Source: Myxococcota bacterium
Lineage (GTDB): Bacteria; Myxococcota_A; Bradymonadia; UBA7976; UBA1532
Length of the DNA: 45,048 nt
NCBI GenBank assembly: GCA_036337435.1
Contig: JAYZEG010000026.1
Span: 1 to 45,048, forward strand
Reading direction: 5' to 3'
Part shown: piece by piece, positions 8,001-16,100 of the stretch
Position numbering within the stretch: position 1 is the first letter of the stretch
How the letters are laid out: every line of letters starts with the position of its first letter
Program-made: the position numbers and the translations under genes
Notes under the pieces: generated by a model
What the model was told of the DNA's origin: nothing
What the model saw: only the letters and a program-made list of their open reading frames with translations
Databases searched by the model: none

Positions 8001-10104
8001 TGCGAAAAAGAGCTTGGTTTGCACCACATGTTCGATTAGGCAAGCTCGTCAGACCCTGCTGGTCAGCCGCGCAGACCAGGTCGCCATCTGCTCCAATCCC
8101 TGTTGCAACTTGACCCTCTGGGCAGGCACGCTGGCCCGAGTGCAAGACACGACATTCCGAACGGCCATTGGCCCGAATGCGGAACAACGCCTGACCCTCA
8201 CCACAAGTATTCGCAGGTAAAGATGCCAACCCTGTCGCATCAGCACGGCACAGCACACTGCCGTCGTCTGCGAGCCCAGCCACAACGGCCCCGTCGGCAC
8301 ATGCCTGTTGCCCAGCTCTTGGACGCCCACAAACGCTTGTCCCATCCGCTCGTAAGGCGACCAATGCTTGGCCAGGACCACAGGTATTGGCTGGAATCTC
8401 AAGCTCATCAGGTCCGGCATCGACACAGATGACACTCCCATTGGCATTGTAGCCTCGAACGACCTGTCCATCCGCACATTCGCGGTCGCCGGCCCTTGGA
8501 CGCCCACAGACTGTCGTCCCGTCGGCACGTATCGCCGTGATCGCCTGACCCGGCCCACATGTATTGACCGGCACAGACGTGATACCTGTGTCATCTTGCT
8601 CACAGACTGGGGAACCATCCGCCGCAAACCCGCGAAGTGCGCTACCCGGGGCACAGGTCGCGTTGCGACAGATCGCCTGACCCGCGTCACTGATGCCGAC
8701 CATGACTTGATTTGCCGCGCAAGCGAGCGGCCGCATGACCAACAGACGGCCTTGACCATCAAAGACTTGGACGTCACCAACCCAAATTCCGAGACCACCG
8801 GCACTTAATCGACCATTTGCATCAATGTTTCCGTCGGATGCAATGGATCCCGACGACGCGATGTTGCCCCTCGCCTCGATAGACCCCGTTCGCATCGTCC
8901 CGGTAAAGGCACCCTGTTGGCCGATGCTCATCGTCCCGTTCAAGGTGATGTCTCCAGACAGACTAGACTCTCCCGAAATCGTCAAGTTGGTCGCCGCAGT
9001 TGGCCCTTGCAGATTGGTTATCCGAGCGTTGGTCATCACAGCTGTCGTCAGCGTCGCCAATGGCGCCGTGAGACCCCCGACCAAGTTTGTCGCACCTTGG
9101 ACATCAAATGCACCACTCACGCTCAAGCTATCGCGAACGAAGGTCGGATCTTCCAGGCTGATCCCTTCGCCATCGTTGAGCAACCGAAGTAGACCATCAC
9201 TGTTGCCATTATCCATTGGGGCCACAAAGATCTGTGCGCCGGAGCCGGCCCAGCTAATGCCTTCACCGACACCCGGATCATTGAACTGCAGGTTGTTTGC
9301 GCCGACCAGGTTGGTGTTTGTCATTTGGATGCCGGTTCGGAACTGACCGACGATGCGCAATGCGCCTTCATTCAGGACCAGGTCGCCACCATCCAACTGT
9401 AAGCGGCCGTTTTTTGGAGCGTCGCGGTCGTTACGCACATAGGGCAATCGATTAGGGTCATTCTCAAGGACGGCGAGCACCCGCGCGGCGACCACCTCGG
9501 GATCGGCGTTCTGACCGTCGCCGCCGGCTGGTCCTTGGGGTCCTCGCTCTCCCTGAATGCCTTGTGCGCCCTGCGCACCTTGAGGCCCGCGCACGCCAGG
9601 ATCCCCGGGCGGACCGGCAGGGCCGCGTAGGCCTGTTGGGTTGCCGACCCAAGCCCCATTCTGATCGATCACAACGTCGCCACCGATGCTAATGGAATTT
9701 GGTGTAATGTCACCTGTCACGTTATCGGCCAGGCTGGCCCGAAAAGCGACTGGAACCTTGAGCAGCTGGATTCTCGGCTGTAAGGGCTCACCACCGTCGA
9801 TGATTATCTCGAGATACAAGACGTCGGAGAAAAGTGCGGGATCAAGAGCCTGTTCAGAGCCGATCGCGATGGCGTAATAGCCTCCGATAAAGGCGACCTC
9901 TGGATGAGTTTCAGTGTAGACCGCAACACCGCCTTCTAAGTCACGAAACAGCTTGACTCGAACTTCAAAGTTCCCGTCCACAGGACGCCCTTGTGCATCT
10001 TTGACAAGACCTTCTTGCATCATCTGGTTCGGAAAAGCCCACGCCGCCCCAACGCAACCTAAAAGACACGCGATACTGAATATGACCGTCTTAAGAGTCT
10101 TCAC
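5038..10104 (-). CDS. Secreted fibre-like adhesin: N-terminal fibre domain, collagen segment, beta-rich segment, 34 Cys-paired repeats, C-terminal fibrinogen-like domain
   Basis: GTG start with GGAGGT RBS; signal peptide ending AWA; N-domain ending KVPVAFRA; 14 Gly-X-Y triplets; C-x16-C repeats; C-terminal YRSCKAAY...GTYNL...VFCDMAVDGGGWTLV, the N-terminal signature of fibrinogen-related domains. Confidence 0.85.
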   Translation of the reverse strand: MKTLKTVIFSIACLLGCVGAAWAFPNQMMQEGLVKDAQGRPVDGNFEVRVKLFRDLEGGVAVYTETHPEVAFIGGYYAIAIGSEQALDPALFSDVLYLEIIIDGGEPLQPRIQLLKVPVAFRASLADNVTGDITPNSISIGGDVVIDQNGAWVGNPTGLRGPAGPPGDPGVRGPQGAQGAQGIQGERGPQGPAGGDGQNADPEVVAARVLAVLENDPNRLPYVRNDRDAPKNGRLQLDGGDLVLNEGALRIVGQFRTGIQMTNTNLVGANNLQFNDPGVGEGISWAGSGAQIFVAPMDNGNSDGLLRLLNDGEGISLEDPTFVRDSLSVSGAFDVQGATNLVGGLTAPLATLTTAVMTNARITNLQGPTAATNLTISGESSLSGDITLNGTMSIGQQGAFTGTMRTGSIEARGNIASSGSIASDGNIDANGRLSAGGLGIWVGDVQVFDGQGRLLVMRPLACAANQVMVGISDAGQAICRNATCAPGSALRGFAADGSPVCEQDDTGITSVPVNTCGPGQAITAIRADGTTVCGRPRAGDRECADGQVVRGYNANGSVICVDAGPDELEIPANTCGPGQALVALRADGTSVCGRPRAGQQACADGAVVAGLADDGSVLCRADATGLASLPANTCGEGQALFRIRANGRSECRVLHSGQRACPEGQVATGIGADGDLVCAADQQGLTSLPNRTCGANQALFRIDESGNTECRVVHAGVRACPAGQVATGIRANGQLDCAADGQGLTQLPARECGANQALFRIGANGETACRQLHGGQSACPDGQVATGISANGQLTCVADNAGLTALPARTCGAGQALFRINADGTTACRRLRSGQAACPDGQVATGVNADGSLVCQADAQGLVSIPARTCGANQALFRIDAEGNTACRTLHSGARACPVGQVATGVRANGALDCVVDRQGLTALPARTCGAGQALYQIGADGTTACRRITSVDQGCDDGFVARGINDEGALICVRDQQGLTSLPRTRCPAGQVVSGINPNGSAVCSVVRTGDQSCGANEKIIRINADGSVQCAADQNDQGQIELPARTCGAGQALFRINADGSTACRRLHSGQRACPDGEVATGIDTSGALTCAPDRQGLSSLPARNCGAGQALYRLNADGTTACRRLARANQSCDAGFFARGINADGALVCERDRQGLSSLPVTTCPASQVVTGINADGSANCGTVRKGRTSCPDGEFIVTINSSGSIVCAADQRGLTAVPARTCPAGQALYRINADGTTACRTLRSGTRECPDGQVVRRISSSGALTCVADATGLTSLPARNCGSGQALYRLNADGTTACRQLTKSNQSCDAGFFARGINQNGALVCERDRQGLTSLPARNCGAGQALYRLDANGATRCRQLTSANQTCQNGFFAKGINANGALVCERDRQGLTSLPARTCGEGQALVQVTANGTTACRQVVRRNQSCDDDEVVQGIDNNGRVICVRNGGDDGSPGIPGEECQGNYRSCKAAYNDGCRVTGTYNLVPPGTNTRRAVFCDMAVDGGGWTLVSSTRDPVNDSRQNYHSNLATIAPPGNMSGVWRDMRGFGGNADVRFVCRDFIGLPGDRMTVDLSFYNVNWYREWSGASADRNSCFEEQNGRGDTQPEPARRNNLTGQTLPRNNRWNSGYCEGEDSCGDTGDFTVDFDDRCMDSNQSDGTDWGEDDSTHKCGRSGVGAGQWFIFFRER
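5764..8721 (-). repeat. Intragenic tandem repeat: 34 C-x16-C units, mostly as a 59-aa (177-bp) two-unit period
   Basis: Alternating units such as GLTSLPARTCGAGQALFRINADGTTAC and RRLHSGQRACPDGQVATGINADGALVC. 16 full pairs plus 2 leading units, counted by hand. Confidence 0.9.
9508..9633 (-). repeat. Collagen-like (Gly-X-Y)14 segment
   Basis: GLR GPA GPP GDP GVR GPQ GAQ GAQ GIQ GER GPQ GPA GGD GQN. Confidence 0.9.
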
Positions 10105-10107
10105 CGT

Positions 10108-13100
10108 TTAACCTCCAACCGGAATGTTGCAAGCGACACCTTGCTCCCCATCATGGGTTTCTTGACCAGGATTTGCTACTTCCTGACAATTGTCGTCTAC
10201 GTTTAGGATACCATCTCCGTCAAAATCATCTAAACACGCATCCTCATTTCCTTGATCAGGATTGGCCGTGTAGGGGCAAATATCCACGCCATTCGCAATC
10301 CCATCCCCATCGAAATCGGCTTGGTCAAGAGCATTACAATCCTCACCGTTGCCATTGGGCCATTTGCAATCGTCCAGATGTTGCGGGATCCCGTCACCGT
10401 CTTCGTCGGCGAAGAAGCCCTGGCACGCATCACCCACATTGTTGTCATCGACATCTGTCTGGTCTGCGTTTGGGACATCCGGACAGTTGTCCAGATCATC
10501 CACGATGGTGTCACCATCTCGGTCATCGGCTTCACAGGCATCGCCGAGCCCGTTGTCATCGCTATCATATTGAAACGCGTTGCGGACCAGGATGCAGTTA
10601 TCGCAAACGTCGCCGACCCCGTCGCCATCGGTGTCGGCGATATCGGGACTGGCAACACCGGGGCAATTATCTTCGCGGTTATCAATGCCATCGCCATCGA
10701 CATCACCGGCAGCCGGTGCGGCAATCGCACACGCAAGCCCGAGACCTGGGCTGGCCTCAGCCTGATCGGGATTCGCTAGTTCGGGACAATTATCTTGGTC
10801 ATCGGATACGCCATCACCATCTTGATCGTCTAGACAGGCGTCTTCGTTCTGATCGGCATTCGATACCAGCGGACATGTATCATCACCATTGGCCACACCA
10901 TCACCGTCCAAATCTCCGTCCTCAAGTTCGTCGCAAGAGCGTGGGTTTTGATCTTGCGGATAGGGGCAGTCATCCCGATAGTTGGGCATGCCGTCACCAT
11001 CGTCGTCGCGGTAAAACGCCTGACAGAGATTACCTGTTCCATCCCCATCAGCATCGACCTGGTTCACATTAGAGACATTCGGGCAGTTGTCTTGCTCGTC
11101 AGCGATTGTGTCTCCATCAGCGTCTTCGATTTCACACGCATCACCAATGCCATCCTGATCGGTGTCACGCTGACCTGTGTTGGGCACCAATCGGCAATTA
11201 TCACATTCATCACCAATCCCGTCTGCATCTTGGTCCAAGACGATTGGGGTGCTAAAGCCAGGGCAATTGTCCTCGGCATTTTGAACCCCGTCCCCATCAT
11301 CATCTCCAGGTCCCGGCACCGCAACAACACATGCCCGTCCAAGGCCTGGTGCAATCTCTTCTTGCCCTGGATCCGCAACCCCAGGGCAGATATCGGCCTC
11401 ATTTTCAATGCCGTCTGCGTCTGTGTCCGCCATACATGGCTCATCATCCCGTTGTTGCGGATTGGCTGTGTAGGGGCATTTGTCGTCTAAATTCATGACC
11501 CCGTCTTGATCGAAGTCATCTCCATCAAGGGCACCGCAAATCTGGCCTCCGGCATTGGGCCAGACACAGTCGTCTAGATGGTCTGGAATGCCATCACCGT
11601 CTCGATCCGAGAAGTAGGCCTGACAGAGATCGCCAACACCATCGCCATCAGCATCGACCTGGTTCGGATTGGCCACGTTCGGACAGTTGTCGTCGGGCAG
11701 GAGAATGCCGTCTTCATCGTCGTCCAAATCACAGGCATCACCGAGTCCGTCCCCATCCGTATCCAATTGGTCAACATTCCCAACCTCGGTGCAGTTGTCA
11801 CACAAATCTCCAAGGCCATCTAAGTCAGTATCGGTCTGGTCATTCGATGCAAGGTTCGGACAGTTGTCATCCGTATCGAGAATCCCGTCGCCGTCCGCAT
11901 CCAAATTATTGTCGACCTCGTCGCACGCATCGCCAATGCCGTCTTGGTCACCGTCACTCTGGTCCGCATTGAACGTATTGGGACAGTTGTCGTCCTCATC
12001 TGCCGTTCCATCATCATCGGTGTCTGGACGCAGGTCGGTACACGCATCACCGACACCGTCGTCATCCAAATCGAGTTGGTCTGGATTGGCACGCTCCGGA
12101 CAATTGTCGCAGGCATCTCCAAGCCCATCGAGATCCGTATCCGATTGGTCTTGGTTGAAGACATCCGGACAAGAGTCAAAATCATTGGCAACCCCGTCAC
12201 CATCACTGTCGACCCGGTTGTCGATCAAATCACAAACGTCTCCGATGTCATCGCCATCTGCATCAGCTTGGTCCAAATTCGCAACGTTGACACAGTTGTC
12301 TTCGTCATCGGGAACGCCATCGTCATCGGTATCAATGCCAACACCAGTACACGCGTCTCCTTGTCCATCCCCGTTGGAGTCAAGCTGGTCTTCATTGGCA
12401 TGGTCTGGGCAATTGTCACAAAGGTTCCCAAGGCCATCCAAGTCATTGTCACTTTGGTCGTTGCCGGCGACATCAGGACAGTTATCCACCTCGTTTCGGA
12501 TTCCGTCACCGTCGCGGTCCAGTAGATTATTGATGCCATCACACGCATCTCCAATCCCATCGCCATCCGCATCGCCCTGCCCTGCATTCGGCACGGCTGG
12601 ACAGTTGTCATCCCCATTCGGTATCCCATCTTCGTCATCGTCCAGATTGATCGGCTCGCAAGCATCCCCGGTTCCATTGTCATCGGCATCCGCCTGCTCG
12701 ACGTTAGGCACCTCAGGGCAGTTATCACATGCGTCACCGAGGCCGTCATCGTCAATGTCGACTTGGTCGGCATTCGCGACATCTGAACAGTTATCGTCTG
12801 GGGACAGCACCCCATCATTATCTGAATCGAGGCGACCATCAAAATTGTCGCAGGCGTCGCCGATGCCGTCGTCATCGGAATCGGCCTGATCTGCATTGGC
12901 ACGATTCGGACAGTTATCCCGATTGTCCCCAATCCCGTCTTCATCCGCATCGTCGACATTCGCTTCACAGTCGTTGAGGTTGTCCTGATTCGGATTAGCG
13001 ACAGCCGGGCAGTTATCGCAGGCGTCCCCAACGCCGTCCTCGTCTGCGTCGGCTTGATTGCCCGTCGCAAGGTCGGGGCAATTATCCGCCTCGTTCAATA

Positions 13101-16100
13101 TGCCATCACCATCTCTGTCTGCATCATCAACAGCGTCGCACGCATCACCAACACCGTCTCCATCGGAATCGACCTGTGCTGCATTTGCCAGGTCTGGACA
13201 ATTATCAACATCGTCGAAAATACCGTCGTTGTCAGTGTCTTGCCCCGCGACGCCTTCACACGCATCGCCCGTTCCGTTTAAGTCGCCATCAGCCTGGTCA
13301 GCATTGGCTCTGTCCGGACAGTTGTCACAGACGTCACCCACTCCATCTAAATCGATATCGCTTTGGTCATTGGAGGCAAAATCAGGACAATTATCGACGC
13401 CGTTTAAGATCCCATCGCCATCGGTATCGGCACGGTTATCAACGAAGTCACACGCGTTACCAAACCCGTCGCCATCATCATCGGCCTGGTCTACATTGGC
13501 GTTGTTGGGGCAGTTGTCGACGGGATCTGGAATCCCATCAAAGTCCGAATCAACATCACCGGCTTCGCAGGCGTCGCCCACCTCATCACCGTCAGCATCG
13601 GCCTGGTCTTGATTGGCAATGAGAACACAATTGTCACAGGCATCTCCCACGCCGTCTAAGTCTTGATCGCTCTGGTCATTGATCGCAATCTCGGGGCAAT
13701 TATCCGACCCATCCGGAATCCCATCGCCATCTCTGTCTCCAGAATTATCCGTTGGGTCGCAGGCATCGCCCCTGCCATCCTGATCTCGATCGGCCTGAGC
13801 CGCATTGGGCGTTCTGGGGCAATTATCATCCAGGTCTGAAACGCCATCCAAGTCACGGTCCCCCACGGCCGCTTCACAGTCATCTAAATTGTCTTGGTTC
13901 GGGTTTGCGACCAATGGGCAATTATCACACTCATCGCCCACTCCATCTTCATCGGTATCGGTTAAATTCCCTGTGGCGAGGTCCGGACAATTATCCTCGT
14001 CGTTTAAAATCCCATCACCATCGACATCAAGCGCATTTTGATTATCGCAGGCATCGCCGAGGCCATCCTGGTCTGCGTCCTCCTGTGCAGGGTTGAATTC
14101 ATCAGGACAATTATCCGCATCATTAAAAACCCCATCCCCATCGGTATCCGCACCCGCAGCGCCTTCGCAGGCATTACCGACGCCGTTGATGTCATCATCC
14201 TCTTGGTTTGGGTTGGCTCTGAGTGGACAATTATCACACAGATCACCGACGCCATCGAGATCGCCATCTGACTGGTCATTACTCGCGAGTTCCGGGCAAT
14301 TGTCTGCCTCATTGGGGATACCATCCCCGTCGCCATCCCGTTGATTGTCGACGGGGTCGCAGGCATCGCCGACGCCATCGCCGTCGCCATCCTCTTGCTG
14401 TCCATTGGGCGTGTTGACGCAATTATCAATCGCATCCGCGACACCGTCTTGGTCGGCATCATCGGGATTGTCAACGCATGCGTCACCGACACCATCTCCA
14501 TCCGTGTCAAGTTGGTCTAAATTGGCCACGTCGCGACAATTGTCACAAGCGTCACCGACCCCATCCAAGTCGGCATCGCTTTGATCATTCGCGGATAGGT
14601 CTGGGCAATTGTCCACAGCGTCCAAAACACCGTCCCCATCTCGATCAATTCGATTGTCGACCGGGTCACACGCGTCTCCGACACCGTCCCCATCACCGTC
14701 CACCTGGCCTTCATTGGCAACGACGGGGCAATTGTCTTCATCATCGGCTAAACCATCTCGGTCTGTGTCCACAGCCGGTTGCTCAAGACAGGCGTCCCCA
14801 CGACCATCTCCATCAGCATCCCCTTGGTCAGGATTAAATACGTCGGGGCAATTATCGCAGTGGTTGCCAACGCCATCATTATCAAAATCAGATTGGTCAG
14901 CGGGTCCATCGTTGGGGCAGTTGTCCACGTCATTTAGGACTCCGTCAGCATCAAAGTCTATGTCGTTCAATGGGTCGCAAACATCCCCGATTCCGTCGCC
15001 ATCGCCATCAGCTTGGTTCCCATTTCCGACCTCAGGGCAGTTATCGTCCCCATCAGCGATACCATCGCCGTCGGTGTCCAAACCATTGTCGCCCTGGCAG
15101 GCATCGCCAATCCCGTCTTCATCGGCATCAGCCTGATCGGCATTGGGATCTTGGGGACAGTTATCACAGACGTTGCCAAGCCCATCTAAATCAAAGTCAG
15201 ACTGGTCTCGCGACGCTGTATCCGGACAATTATCGTTCTCATTGATAATCCCGTCACCATCACGGTCGAGCTCATTAATATCATCGCATGCGTCGCCTAT
15301 TCCGTCGCCATCAGCATCAAGCTGGTCTGCGTTGGGCACCTCACGGCAGTTATCATCAGGGTCACCGACGCCGTCATCATCTCGATCCGGGACAAGGACC
15401 GCCTCACATGCATCACCAATCAGGTCACCATCGGCATCGGCCTGATCGGGATTGGCAACGAACGGACAATTGTCACAGCGGTCTCCTAGGCCATCAAGAT
15501 CGCTGTCGCTCTGGTCGCGAGTATTGACATCGGGGCAATTGTCAACGGCATCCAGGATGCCATCGCCATCGCGGTCGTTCTCATTTGGATCGTCACACGC
15601 GTCTCCGACACCATCACCGTCTTCGTCTGCCTGATCCGGATTAAAAGCCTCGGGGCAATTGTCATCCCCATCAGCGATTCCATCGGCATCTTGGTCTACG
15701 ATGACATCTGCGTCACAGGCATCGCCCACCCCATCCATATCGGAATCAAGCTGCTCGGGATTGGCGACGTCGACGCAATTGTCACAGCCATTGCCGACGC
15801 CGTCTAAATCAAAATCGGATATATCGGCCAGTGCCAGTCCAGGACAATTGTCGATGTCATTAGGTACACCATCGCCGTCGTCATCGAGGACAACATCGCC
15901 CTCTTCGCACTGGTCACCAACACCATCGCCATTCTCGTCCGCTTGTCCGGGATTAAAAACATCGGGACAATTATCGACTTCATCGGGCCGGCCATCTCGG
16001 TCGGAATCAATCACCTGCCCACCGTCACAGGCGTCCCCAACACCGTCGCCATCTTCGTCCTCTTGGATCGGATTAAAGACACCTGGACAATTGTCACACG

